Origin: Octopus bimaculoides
Lineage: Eukaryota
Assembly (NCBI RefSeq): GCF_001194135.2
Contig: NC_068983.1
Coordinates: 137,806,734 to 137,870,733, forward strand
DNA length: 64,000 nucleotides
Direction: 5' to 3'
A program made the position numbers and the translations under genes. Under the pieces are notes generated by a model that made no database searches, was not told the origin of the DNA, and saw only the letters and a list, made by a program, of their open reading frames with translations. The first letter of the stretch is position 1; the number at the start of each line of letters is the position of its first letter. Shown piece by piece: positions 49,442 to 61,639 of this stretch.

Positions 49442-50494
49442 NNNNNNNNNNATATATATATATATATACATCAAAAAATCATCACACATAAATGTTAGTT
49501 CGTATGCACACCTGTACAAACATGGATCAATTTACCTTTCATATACTTCCTAAGCCCCGGAACAAAGTATGTTGTTGCGATTCATATTCCTCCCTACATT
49601 GCAATTTTTGAAATACAATTAAGAATCCCACCTCTCAGAAATTTCGAGTGGCTTCCTAACGTTATAAATGCTACAAGTCTTTCTATTTCAACAAGTGTCG
49701 TGAACTTCCAGTCATCGGGCGAATCTGGAAAAGTGTTTTTAATTTGATTTGTTAAACATATCTCTCCTCTACTCAACTTTACGTATTGAGCTCTCTATAA
49801 GATAATGTTTGCATCATGTACAATATACACATATGTATATGTGTGTTTTATACACACACACATAAATGTGCGTGTGAGCATGTATGAAGGATTCATGCAT
49901 GTATATGTGCGTGTATGAATGTGTATGTGTGTCTGTATTAGGTAGAAAAACGCACATGAGCACACACGCATTGTGTATAAGTATAATTTATGTACGTATG
50001 TATATCAATATATTTCAATATATATATACAAACGTACATAAAAATACACACACGTACATAAAAATACACACAAACATGTATACATTTATACGCATGCACA
50101 CGCTGTTATTTACATATGCATGCTCATATTTAAAACGTATATTTGTTTGGACAGTTCATTCAGTTATTTGGGATTGGTAATAAAAATGTGCGATAAAAAC
50201 TGAAAATCGTTATTGGCTGCCATAAATTAATAAATTCTCAAATATTGTATAAAATCTTTTTTCGAAATAAGAGAAATCTCAAACATTTTATTTTATTGAC
50301 TTGTTGCTATTATCAACAACAGAAATTGATAGCTTTTATGAAAGTGGATTTCCGCAGAATAATTCTTGCTTTTAATACAGCAAATCATGTGAACGATTAT
50401 TAGTTGTAAGATTTTGAGATTTCACTATCCGTTTTGAAGAAATTTAATATATTTCCAGATTGTCAGAAGCGTTGGACAAAGTAGCTTACATTCG

Positions 50495-50590
50495 GTTCCT
50501 CCAGTTACACTAAGGTCATCTTTGCCTTTCATCTTTCCAACGACGATAAAATAAACGCCAGTTGATGCTAGATTAGATGTCATTGACTGT
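50495..50590 (+). mobile_element. SINE family B internal fragment
   Basis: aaggtcatctttgcctttcatctttcc..cgataaaataaacgccagttg. Confidence 0.5.
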
Positions 50591-51149
50591 ATCATCTCCC
50601 TAAATTTCTGTCTATGTCCATGTAGAAAATCATTATTATTGATACTGCTCGCTGTGGACGGTCGCTTCACAGATCATCGCTTAGAAAATATTTCTTCCAG
50701 GGTTATTTCTGAATTTATATTTATTCTTTTCTCTGGGATAGAAAAGAAGATTCTTCTTTAGACATTTTTACTGTGTGGATATATATTTGAAAAAAATACC
50801 TCATTTTGCTTCGTTTTCAGTAAGGCAATCTCTGAGCAGTGAGAAGAGCAGGTGGTAACCACAAAAGAGGATGTAGCAAATGCCCCTGTCGAAGTTTAAA
50901 AGACAATAGCAAAAGCAGCAGTAGCAGTAGCGGCGGCTGCAGCAGCAACAATAGCAGCAGCAACAATAGCAGCAGCAGCACCACCACCACTACCAACAGC
51001 AGTTACAACTCATCACTTTTAATGCTGCTAACCGAAAGAAATACAAGTTATAAAAAAATTCTAGGTAACGGGAAATGCATAGAGGTGATATATTACAAAA
51101 GTCAGTGTCCTTGCCCAACGAATTCATAGAAGGAAGAGTTTAAAGAAAA

Positions 51150-52020
51150 ATGGCATAATTTGTTTTTTTAGTAAACTGAGGAGGCTTTTACATGTTTTTG
51201 AAAGGGAAGTTTGAGGAAACCCTAATTTGCTGGATGTGTACTCCACTGACCGGGGAATGGGCATATTAAAGCGTGTGCCAGTATTTAAAAGTGTGTCGGA
51301 GAAGAGGTAGGCATAGCTGTGCGACACTCACCTGACAACGTTGCAGTAAATGAAGAAAAAGGAATTGCAAAGATATTTGGATGTGCCTTGTTTTCTGACT
51401 TGTCACATTTTCCGAATATTGTGGTCATGTGGTGTGTGCGGATGTGACCTGCAGCATCATATGATTCGTTGCAGGCGGCATAGATCTCCAAGTTCTGATA
51501 AACCCTCGAACACTACAGGGCTAAAAGAACGGAGAAGACATCAATTAAAAAGGTGTTGTAGGACAATTCCAGTTGCTGTGCGTGTCATAGTAAAGAAGAC
51601 TTGAAAGTCTTCTGTTCAGAGGAGAAAAGAGAAGTAAAAAAGAGAGCGGAAGAAAGCAACAGAAACAGAAACTGAATCAGTATTTCCGAAAAGTGAAGTC
51701 CATGGCTACTATTACTATTGAATATCACAGGTCACAGCTCCGAGGATAGCCAGAGCAGAAGAAAATGAAATCGCTTTCAACGGCAAAGACCGGTCAGAGG
51801 CTAGGGTAGTAGTGTCACTGTTTCATGGCGATGAAAGAGAACATGGAGACCAGATCAGATAAAGGTGGGTAATTATCACTGATGGTATATATATATAAGA
51901 AGGGCAGTAAAATAGAATTATTTTAGACTGAAGGTGAATAAAAGACTGGAAGTCTCTCCAGAAGTGGATCCGATAATCCTTGGATAAATGATAAATGACA
52001 TTGATTGCCTCTTTTGGTTC
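51150..52020 (-). mobile_element. Possible L2/Jockey-group LINE, 3' fragment
   Basis: LAILGAVTCDI...WTSL...FFRSLFYF...LCRLQRII...FFFIYCNVV resembles L.ILG..I...L.W..HI, LFR.R.YF and LFYRYY.G.CS; heavily decayed. Confidence 0.4.
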
Positions 52021-52309
52021 AGCCAATTATATTGTCCAATTGAACCAACAGAGAAGGTTCAATGTGGTACGCATTCTGCGGTATATATATTTTCATATAC
52101 GTTGCACTGTATCTTAGTTGTTAAATAGCTTTAAGCATAGCAAAAATTGGTTTAGTTCACTTTTACATTCACAAAGAATGCTCATTAAATGGTAATGATC
52201 TGAGCAACTATTGCGAAAAATATAAAATATTTCAAATTTAATTATAAAAATAGTTAGTATTGTACCCCACACTCTATGTACTAACGAAATGCTATTATTA
52301 TTATATTAA

Positions 52310-52720
52310 TGTTATTTCGTTTCTTTGTGTTGTACTTCGTCTAGTTTATTGATTCCTAACTATCTGTATGTTGGGTGTAATTCTCTTCCGTTTCATTATC
52401 TGTTTCAGTTTCTTATCATTATATTTAGCATGATATGAGTACTCTTAATTAATTTTCTTTTATGTTGCCTTGGCATCTTACGCTAATCCGAATTTAATGT
52501 CAGTTCTTCTAGTAATCTGTTACTGTCAGCAGCGTACGACTTGAGGTCATTCATATACAAAAGATAGTTGATTGTCTTCCCATAGAATTTGTATCCAAGT
52601 CCAGATTGATTTAATATGTTAGCTACAGATGTTATCATCAGCGAGAAGACTGGTGTGAAGAAGTTGCATTATTGTTCTTCTAATAGAAATGACTTTAGTT
52701 TTTAAAATTCTCTCTTTTGT
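52310..52720 (-). mobile_element. R4/Dong RT fragment
   Basis: ILNQSGLGYKFYGKTINYLLYMNDLKSYA...IKFGLA*DAKAT...TYR*LGINKLDEVQHKETK; HLLYMDDLKLY, FGLDKC and YKYLG motifs. Confidence 0.75.
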
Positions 52721-52819
52721 CTGTGCTCATGACGTCTAATGATAATTGTTGGTGCACATTACTCATGGCTAATGTTGTCATGATCTGCATGTGGGCAATG
52801 AAATGAATAGCTAAAAATA

Positions 52820-53160
52820 TCTATATTCAGCAGACATTCTGCTCAAAAGGTCCCTGAATAAAGGTTGTTTAAGGATGTTGAACGAAACTCCCATGTTCTC
52901 AGAGGTGATTTATTCAAACCCCAAAGAATTCCTCTCAACACATAGCTATGATGCTCCCCCACTACTTCTGATCGTGATTATAGATGCACATATTGTCAGT
53001 CACTAAGAAACATATTCAACTGGTTAAGGTCAAAGAACTGACAAGCAAATCTGTGTTATTGAGCAGGATATTTGCTGTAGCCTATCTTTCACACGAAGGT
53101 AACACTTCCAATCATTTATGATCAGAAGCCATGAGAGCCACTACTTGGTAGTATATCAAG
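52820..53160. repeat. Interspersed repeat, unclassified (family E)
   Basis: GC-richer block between two R4 fragments; recalled as a common octopus repeat, but no second copy in this window. Confidence 0.3.
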
Positions 53161-53169
53161 GCAATTATT

Positions 53170-53410
53170 ATTTTGGTTTGGCTCGAGTTCGGTCTTATTC
53201 CTGGTCGGATTCATGTGGGTAGCGGGTTACTTACAACCTCTAACCTTGGGTATCCACAAGTTTTCATCAGTCTTTCTAGTACTAAGAATCCTCCTGATAA
53301 TCCTTGCTGTCCCTAAGAGATAAACTTTCTCTAGGAGCTCTATCGGGCATTCTATTTCAAACTCCTTCAGCCATTTGTCTATATCTTTGCTTACTGTTCC
53401 CTATGCACCA

Positions 53411-53466
<56 letters not shown>

Positions 53467-54060
53467 NNNNNNNNNNNNNNNNNNNNNNNNNNNNNNNNNN
53501 NNNNNNNNNNNNNNNNNNNNNNNNNNNNNNNNNNNNNNNNNNNNNNNNNNNNNNNNNNNNNNNNNNNNNNNNNNNNNNNNNNNNNNNNNNNNNNNNNNNN
53601 NNNNNNNNNNNNNNNNNNNNNNNNNNNNNNNNNNNNNNNNNNNNNNNNNNNNNNNNNNNNNNNNNNNNNNNNNNNNNNNNNNNNNNNNNNNNNNNNNNNN
53701 NNNNNNNNNNNNNNNNNNNNNNNNNNNNNNNNNNNNNNNNNNNNNNNNNNNNNNNNNNNNNNNNNNNNNNNNNNNNNNNNNNNNNNNNNNNNNNNNNNNN
53801 NNNNNNNNNNNNNNNNNNNNNNNNNNNNNNNNNNNNNNNNNNNNNNNNNNNNNNNNNNNNNNNNNNNNNNNNNNNNNNNNNNNNNNNNNNNNNNNNNNNN
53901 NNNNNNNNNNNNNNNNNACACTTTCCATTTGCTTGATTCTTTCCATTCGAGAAGCAACACCTGTTTTAAGATTTTGTATTTGCAAACTTTTGGCTTTCTC
54001 AAGAGACAGATCCTATGAAGAAATAATATTTATAACATTCACTGGTGCCAAATATAATAC
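53170..54060 (-). mobile_element. R4/Dong RLE C-terminus and 3' UTR, interrupted by (ATA)n and a gap
   Basis: IIGA*GTVSKDIDKWLKEFEIECPIELLEKVYLLGTARIIRRILST matches the PII.GALG...QK..LLGTARI.RR.L terminus; the pre-gap VINIISS*DLSLEK fits the DVACP.D region. Confidence 0.75.
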
Positions 54061-54222
54061 ACGGGGAATGAAAAAGAGTTTCACCTAAAAGAGAGGGGGG
54101 AGAGAGAGAGAGAGATAGATAGGGAGGGAAAGAGAGAGAGAGGAAGAGAAATGGAGCGAGAAAAATAGAGAGAAATAGAATGACAGAGAGATGGTCAGAG
54201 AAATGTATACAACACCACTAAT

Positions 54223-54236
54223 GTAGCCATGGTAAC
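54223..54236 (+). promoter_or_regulatory. RFX X-box-like motif
   Basis: GTAGCCATGGTAAC fits GTHNYY-AT-RRNAAC; a chance match in a window this size is plausible. Confidence 0.25.
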
Positions 54237-54342
54237 GACAGATTGCATCAGAGGAAAAATAAGAATTCGGTGTCTAACACTACGAAAACAACAACCATTA
54301 CAACATTTAGAGTAGTTGGCTTAATACTTCGGTTATACAAGT

Positions 54343-54490
54343 AGACGGCGAATCATTTGACAGAATTAGTAGGATCATACAAAATGCCTTGCGTTATTTC
54401 ACGGCCCTTTATATTCCAAAGTTCAAATCCCGACAAGGTTGAGTGTATTTTCATTCTCCCGGGGCTCGATAAAACAAAGCACTAGCCAAA
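54343..54490 (+). mobile_element. SINE family B, degenerate
   Basis: caaaatgccttgcgttatttc...aaagttcaaatcccgacaaggttg...cccggggctcgataaaac. Confidence 0.5.
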
Positions 54491-54549
54491 TACTTTATTT
54501 CTAACTTCGTGCATATACATATATATCATCATCATAATCCTCATATAAG

Positions 54550-54608
54550 CGTCGTCAGCATCATCGTCGTCGTCAACATCATCATCATCGTCATCGTCGT
54601 CGTCGTCG

Positions 54609-54650
<42 letters not shown>

Positions 54651-54660
54651 CCATCATCAT
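54550..54660. repeat. (CAT)/(CGT)n microsatellite
   Basis: Direct reading of the sequence. Confidence 0.95.
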
Positions 54661-54685
54661 TTCCTCTTCCGAAGATCCAGTGTCA

Positions 54686-54742
54686 ATGAATAACGAAGAA
54701 AAAAATGCCCGAAAAAATATGAAAAGCTTGAAGGACACCCGT
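54686..54742 (+). CDS. Speculative first coding exon (MNNEEKNARKNMKSLKDTR)
   Basis: ATG at 54686, 19 open codons, then a consensus donor GTAAGT at 54743-54748; no homology recognised. Confidence 0.15.
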
Positions 54743-55029
54743 GTAAGTAATACAATAACTTAGTGTTATTTTATTGTTTTACTTGACACAGGAAATATAT
54801 TGCATTCACATAAACGGTCATCACGTGTGAACACAATCTCCAGGTAGATTCAACCTACATATATACACATGCACACGCGCGCGCGCACATGCAGACACAC
54901 AGAGAGACACAAAGGTCCCACACTGACAAACACTCATGCGTACACACACACACACAAACGTACGCATACACTGCAACAATACGCACGGAACATTCAGTGA
55001 CTGATTTAAAGAACCAGAAACAATACCCG

Positions 55030-56010
55030 GCTGGTTTACAAACTGTAAAACTATTTTACTGTTTAAGAGTAGAAGAAACAACCTCCATTATCCAAGTACA
55101 AAGTCATAACTTGCCTATTTGCAGCTTAAAAGACGTAACTGCAAACAGCAGTTCACTCTCAGAAGAATAGAAATACCACAAGTGGTTTCATATGGTTGTA
55201 AAGTCATAAACGAAAGACTGAGCATGACGTAATTTGACAGCAAAAAAGTGTTTGAGCAGCATCTCTTACATATAGATTCTGGAAACATTAGAGTTAGGTA
55301 ATGTAGCAATAGTAATAATAAAGAACATACGGCAAACAATTCCGCGAATAGAAACAAAAGTGGGAATTATAAAAATAAATCCCATTTCCATTAGAAGAGT
55401 TTGCCGATGAGACTACTTTTCTACACACACTTTTACGTTTGAATGCCCTTCCATAACATTTTTATGAATCTAGGTGATTTAGCATTTTAACTAAGAGCTA
55501 ACTCAAGCAAATTCAGATACAATGAGACACGGATACAATGGAAGGACAGCTAGGCATAGTTTGTTTTGGATTACAAAGTTTTACGCTGCAGATAAAGTTG
55601 TGGGTACACTGATACAGATATTACATAGATTTATATGCTATTCAGTAAAGCAAAGCCGGCGAGAAGAAAATTAAAAAATCTCACTATTATCATGTCAGGC
55701 AGAGGGCCAGGTATAAATATACTTCGCATAGACTTACAAATTAATTACACACAAAAAGAAAAAGTTTAAGGAAAAGGCATATTATATTATCACTTGAAAC
55801 AGAATTTTATGCAAAATACAAACTAATTGGCATTAATGTTTTAACTGTTCTTGTAATAAATTAGTTATATTATTCCAAACTGTATTAAGTCTAAATAAAA
55901 AAATAAAAGCAATGACTGCATTTTGTATACCCGATTCCAAATCCGAAGCAAGAAGGCTACAGGTAAAGAAGTTTTCTCTAAATGTGTCCATTTTAAGCGT
56001 TACTACTGGA
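55030..56010 (+). mobile_element. Penelope-like element, thumb to C-terminus, decayed
   Basis: NNLHYPSTKS...INERLS...KKVFEQ, DIYIDL and terminal GKEVFSKCVHFKRY (55962 onward) resemble the PLE YIN.KSNHP, RLS..S and RSEL.SKCRH motifs. Confidence 0.5.
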
Positions 56011-56185
56011 ATATTAGATCTCCCCGTTTGCTGGTTAGGCTATGTTGGGTCTGTAAGGGCTTTTCATCCTCTGATCAAGGGAAAATAACCCGCCCTCATT
56101 AATGTTTTCATACGTTAGTCGTTAAATCTCGATATCTAAGCGTTTCCTCACGTCCGCCTGGTAGAAAGTTTAACTTTTTTGCCTT

Positions 56186-56250
56186 TGTACGGAGACTGAC
56201 GAGCTGTCCACAAGGCTGTGGCTTTCGTGGATACGAAACCTTTGGTAACA
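56186..56250 (+). ncRNA. Hammerhead motif with a disrupted stem I
   Basis: CUGACGA 56196-56202; long stem II (G-C, bulge, UGUCCAC/GUGGAUA, inner AAGGC/GCUUU hairpin); GAAA 56235-56238; stem III ACC-UUU-GGU; GUA 56245-56247; stem I only via UUGU/ACAA with a 7-nt offset. Confidence 0.5.
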
Positions 56251-56549
56251 ATATGATCAGAATTTAACTTTTTGTTTTAGAGTATGCTTCTTTTCTGATA
56301 TATGTTTTATTGACTACACACAAACACACAATTTAGTCATAAGGAATCATTAGAATCCAGGCACATCGACACATAGAACGTCAGAAATGGGTAGGCACGA
56401 TACTATAGAGCTTACAGTAAGGCAAACAACATCGAAGGCATCAACTTTAACTGTAGATCCGTCTCTGGAATGCTAGAGCCTGAGCTGCTATGTATTATAA
56501 TTAAGCAACATCATGATGTTCCATGATGTTGCTTTATTAAATACAATAA

Positions 56550-56860
56550 AACGCCTCAGAGAATGACAAAGTGACAATACTGTGTAATGCGTCAATTCTG
56601 GATTTTGTTGTCCAGACTATCAGAGAATTAATGGTCCGGACTATTGATAAAGATATTTTTTCCTAACAAACAGTCAGGTATACCAAAAGAAATGGAGAAA
56701 ATATCAATAAAATAACGATGAATAATTGAAATAAAAATAATCAATAGCCATCGTGACAGATGCATTAGAATGATTAAAATGTTGCATAACCCAGATTCCA
56801 GGAATTATAAGCATTGCATACATATTGCATAGAATACTTCATGTGTATTATGAAGTAAGA
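56550..56860 (+). mobile_element. R4/Dong RLE C-terminal fragment
   Basis: ENDKVTIL... and IPGIISIAYILHRIL resemble ENDKV.ILWD and GTAHILRR.L. Confidence 0.45.
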
Positions 56861-56944
56861 AATAAGCAACATAAAACATTGCACACATTCAAGCTAAACA
56901 GATCTGTATTCAGTTGTATACTTAAAAATGAATATAGTATTCGC

Positions 56945-57290
56945 TATATGTGCCAAAACTGTGGTAAAAAGAAGCAAATTAATTAAAAATAAGAATATTA
57001 AATTAGATTTAGACATTGTAATCAGATAATTAGTACAAAACTACTCATACAAACACTAAGAAATAAATGATCCTGGAAAGATACATCATACAGAAATGAA
57101 AGAGAATATTAGAAAACAATTATTACAGACGAGTCAGGTTAATATTAACACGCAGTTACTGACTTAAGAGACAAGAAAGGTTGGTTATAGCGACGTCAAT
57201 ATTCCACTAATATGAGTTTACAAAAATACTTGTAACCAAGAAACGGAAAACTGATTAGGGAGTAAAGCAACACTAGCAAAAAAGATAATT
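56945..57290 (+). mobile_element. R4/Dong RT thumb fragment
   Basis: CAKTVVKRSKLIKNKNIKLD...YSYKH...IHHTEMKENIRK/YYRRVRLIL. Confidence 0.7.
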
Positions 57291-57799
57291 CTTTTTCTGT
57301 CTTTATCTCTGTTTGTTTGTCTCCTCTCTCTTCCTCTCTGTATATATACAGAATAAAAGCTACAAACTAGAAGCTAATTAGACCGAAAAAAGAAACAAAA
57401 ACACAAAAACAGTGACCAGCATTGGCTCGGAGTTAAGGCCGAGACAGTTAGGTTCTGTTCATGCGTTTTTCATGTATTCTGTTTTGCCGGAAAAGTTCTG
57501 TAGATAATAGAAGAAAAATCAGTGACTGCTATAAAAAAGTTAAGTGAATATTGTTGACAGTATGAATTAAAGAAAACACAATCTTCTTATTTAAGAATAC
57601 TAAGGCTTGGTAAAACCTACTTGATTAAAAAAAGTCACCAAAGTGACAAGAAATGTAATTCACTGGAAAGTGTACTAATATTACAAAATTCACAGGAAAC
57701 GAAGACAATACAAATCTTCCAGAGCTACAATCATTTTGAACATTACTGAAGAAAATGAACAAGTGAAAAAAAAAAAAAGCAAGCCTATCAGATGTCGTT

Positions 57800-58540
57800 G
57801 CGGATATGGCACACAAAAATTCCTTCTTAGAGACATTTCCATCTCAGCAGACAAAACATTGCCTCGTAATAACTGAATAAACTACACACAATCGTTATCA
57901 AAAGCAGCTGGATGGATAACTAACGGTGCATGATATGATTCATATTGTTCTGTAACAATTTTGGATCATATTCGACAACCGGAATGCTGTTATTTAAGAC
58001 AATATTACAACTGTCATATATTAGTTTACAAACGTAACATGTACTATTAACTCGCGCAGCATTCAGGCTACACTGGAACTGATAGGATGCCTAATAAGGA
58101 AGTTTAGTGTTTGAGACGCTGTTTTGGTTATGGTGAAGTTGTGTGGTCATTATAAAAAGACACAAGAAATTGTAAAAGTTTTAATGAATTAATTTGAATT
58201 TTGTCCATGAGTAAGGAAGCTGCATAGTAAAGAGATTGTACATTAGTAAAGGTTTGTTTTGCATGAGTATATGTAGTGGAACAATTGGAAACATTGTTAG
58301 ACACAGTTACCAACAAAACTATGAATAAAATTACTCTCATACTGTGTGAAAATGAAGCAAGAGATAAAAGAATGACACCAAACACAGCTTTCGAAGATTG
58401 AGAAAATAATGAACTAGATAAAGTACATCGCACACAAATGAAAGAAATATTAGAACGGAATATTATTGACGTATCATATTAATACATAAAATAGGGAAAA
58501 TTACAAAGTATAAGGTAATAGGTAAAACAGTCGAACAGCT
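57800..58540 (+). mobile_element. Further decayed R4/Dong fragments
   Basis: ISADKTLPRNN and LDHI...YYNCH (zinc-knuckle region) at 57.8-58.1 kb; NELDKVHRTQMKE/IRTEYY*RIILI at 58.4-58.5 kb. Confidence 0.45.
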
Positions 58541-58575
58541 TCTGTAATAAATTATATTTATAATATTTATGATTA

Positions 58576-59438
58576 ACTAGCAGTACCCGTGAGAATTTTT
58601 TTAGATGAATGTAGGTTTATTCAGAGCTATAAAAACTAATGTTCCTTTATAAATTGTATATTCTGCATTATTTTCATTTAAGAACACGTTTTACTTCTGA
58701 TTAAGGCTGTAATTGAAGGAACATGATTTTCTCATTCTCTCAGTATTTCAGAGGTTTATTTATAAATCTAAGAGCTTCACAATTATTACAAAGAATATTC
58801 ATGTTGTCAATGTCCATAGGTTTACAGTTCTTATGATGTTCTCTCTCATTTTCATTTTATATTGTATCTTGAACACGCTCCCTTATCTGTTGTAAATGTT
58901 CACTCTATATTCTTCGATTCAAATTTTTCCTTCTACATGCTGATGCTTCAATGCTTGTTTTAGCGATTCGATCCTCTGCTTCTCTTTACACCATTGTATA
59001 TGCCATCTCATTCTTTCTCTTGTTAGTTTACATCGTTTGTTAACCATATTTTATAAACAAATATCAATAATTGCACTTTTTAACCACGTATTAAATATTC
59101 GTTTCCCCTTGCCACACGTCATGGTCACTTCTCTCTCCCCCTTTTCTCTCTCCACTCACTCACTCTCACTCACTCTCTTTCTCTCGCTCTCTTTTTACCA
59201 CTGTCTATTTGCCTTTCTTTAATTGTACCACCAGAATATCACCCCTCTGCTAAACATGGTATTTATAACTCACTTTCTCTATATCACTCTCTACAACCAC
59301 GTAATAGATATTACGTTCCCCTTACCTCACGTTGTTGACACTTCCCTTTCTCTCTTCCTCTCTCGCTCTTTGCCTTTCCCTTCAACTAGTCACGTGACAG
59401 CTTAATGCATTTTGGCCTTAGCGTATTAATATATAGAT
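58576..59438 (+). mobile_element. Helentron/Lep1-type non-autonomous element (HINE-like)
   Basis: 5' end actagcagtacccg, 3' end ...attaatatatagat, subterminal palindrome gtcacgtgac (59389-59398), internal imperfect repeat (59081-59140 vs 59294-59350). Confidence 0.5.
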
Positions 59439-59631
59439 AAGGCGGAGAGCTAGCAGAATCGTTAGAACGCCGGGGCTAAATGCTTAGCAGCATTTCGTCC
59501 GTTTTCACTCTCTGAGTTCAAGTTTCGCCGAGGTCGACTTTGTCGTTCATCCCTTCGGGATCGAGAAAATAAGTATCAGTTGAGTACTGGGATCGATGTA
59601 ATTACTGTTATTGTGCCAAAATTTGAAACCA
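59439..59631 (+). mobile_element. SINE family B
   Basis: aaggcggagagctagcagaatcgttag...ctgagttcaagtttcgccgaggtcgac...gtgccaaaatttgaaacc. Confidence 0.82.
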
Positions 59632-60329
59632 ATATTTACAATGAATTAATATTTATGATATTTTCAACTGAAAACTAAATGAATTAGCAAAAACAGAGAG
59701 TAAAGCTTTAGGGTTAACTGGAATACACTGGTAAAATTTATCACTTTAATTCCTCTCGTTAACATCAGAAGCTTGCTCAGAGGCAACAAGCATTTGTTAT
59801 GATGTGGAAGAAACCCAGCATTCTTCCATCGTCTTATATTAGCATTTTATTCTCTTTCCCTGTAGTCTTGATAATGTTTGATGTATGTTGCGCATAGAAG
59901 AATGGCTTATAAACGACGATTTATTTTCTTCTGGTGTTATAGGTTTAAAATTGGGCCTTTGAATGTATTTGGCATATATTTCACTGGCTTGTTTCACATA
60001 AGTCTCTTCGAGCTGTTTTAGCGCTTTATCAAAAAGCGTGCAATCCATAAAGTCTAAATACGTTAGACTCATTATGTAGGAACAAAATCTGTAGTTCATT
60101 TCGGATTAAGGACAGGATAAATAGTTGTTAGAAACTACTCAGATCCTTTTATCGTTTCTTTAAACTTTATGAAAAGGAGAATTTGTTAGAAAGTCGAATT
60201 CATGAGATCTAGCTATCCAGTCGATTTTGGTTATCTACATGAAAAGAATATAAAACCAGGTATATATTACTATATGAACAAAGAAGATAAATAATTTTAC
60301 TCTTCAGAAGAGGTGTAGCACTGCTGCTT

Positions 60330-61560
60330 ATCGTTCAGAAGTTCCTGACCAATTTCATTCTTAAAGGACTGATCCACTCAATATTATAGTACATCACAGG
60401 GAAATTCTGTGCAATGTTCTCAGAAAGTTTGGTGGTTTGCCCAAATTCGTAAATCTCCTATGCTAATTCCCCAAAGGAATTATTTCCAGAATTGGAGGCC
60501 TGAAATTTGAGCCCTTTAGTGTAAAAATAAGGTTGTATGTTGGCTTCTGTATTATTTGATATTTTCCCCATCTGTGTAACCCTACTGCCATGCAAAAGAA
60601 TAGAAAGTGAGGGGGATTCACTAAACTTTTTACACTACAAATATCGTTTTAACATCCGAAGGCTACAGCACACAGCTTAATTCAGATAAGAACTGATCCT
60701 TTCGATTTGAACTAAATCATTAGCACACTATATGTAGCTTAACTGATAGTTGAGCAACATACAGTGTGTTATGACTGTGCTCTGGTAACACACTCCAGGA
60801 GTTCTATAAGTCACCATCTTGACATTTGTTAAAGCTTTTAAAAGAATGGGTTTGAAATTAAAGTCCAGAAAAAGGTCATTAGTTAATGGCATACTGCATT
60901 CTTCTCTCCTCACTCCTATTTTAATAGTAGGAACTAAACACATCTTCCCAATTCATCACTTTAGTAGCAAAATTTATGATGAATGCCCTATGTAAAGGAA
61001 GACTCTAAATCGTATCAGACAGGCTTCTGTAGCATGTAGAAGGCTTAGAAAAAAAAAGTTTTCTAAAGAACCCTCTTAGACTCCATACTACGTTTCTCGT
61101 GTAGTTGGTACTTTGTATTTCCATTCTTCTGTACAGATGCGAGACATACCTACATACAACCGATACATTGAAAATTTTGAGACGTTTCAGCTTCTGCAGA
61201 AAATTCCCTTAGTCACACAAGTCCTTTGTCAAACAGACACCACATTATATAGATAGCCACTAAACTGACTCAATATATAATTGCGCATATTTGGCTCACG
61301 TTTCTGCTAAACCATGGTTGTCACCAGGCTTAAGGACAGAAGTAGCGGTTCAAAGATCAACCGAAGGCCACTTTCAGGAGAAGAAATATTCCAGAGTGGG
61401 GGACATCACTACCCAAATTCACATTGGCATCCTTGTCGTAAGGGTGGATATGAAAATATGGAAGAAAAAAGCACCCAGCATTACGAAGAAATATGGAAAA
61501 AAGAAGCATTAACGTTGAGTATTATCTGGTCTCTCCATCCAAACATTTACATATCCTGCC
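60330..61560 (+). mobile_element. RTE (BovB-like) LINE, RT to C-terminus, decayed
   Basis: HREILCNVLRKFGGLPKFVNLL...MGLK...RIRQASVACRRLRKK...LAHVS match R..LW.VL.KFG.P.KFV, RI..AS.AFGRL and WAGHV.RM. Confidence 0.65.
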
Positions 61561-61639
61561 TCTGATCAAAGCTGCATATTCGAGGCTTGGGTTGTAGTCG
61601 TAAAAGGAACCTCTACTGAGGGAAGAGAAAGTCAATATA

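Noticed and set aside
59700-60100. Minus-strand 86-aa ORF, possibly an R4 RT N-terminal piece
   Set aside because: Only a vague IT.EE similarity; insufficient to annotate.
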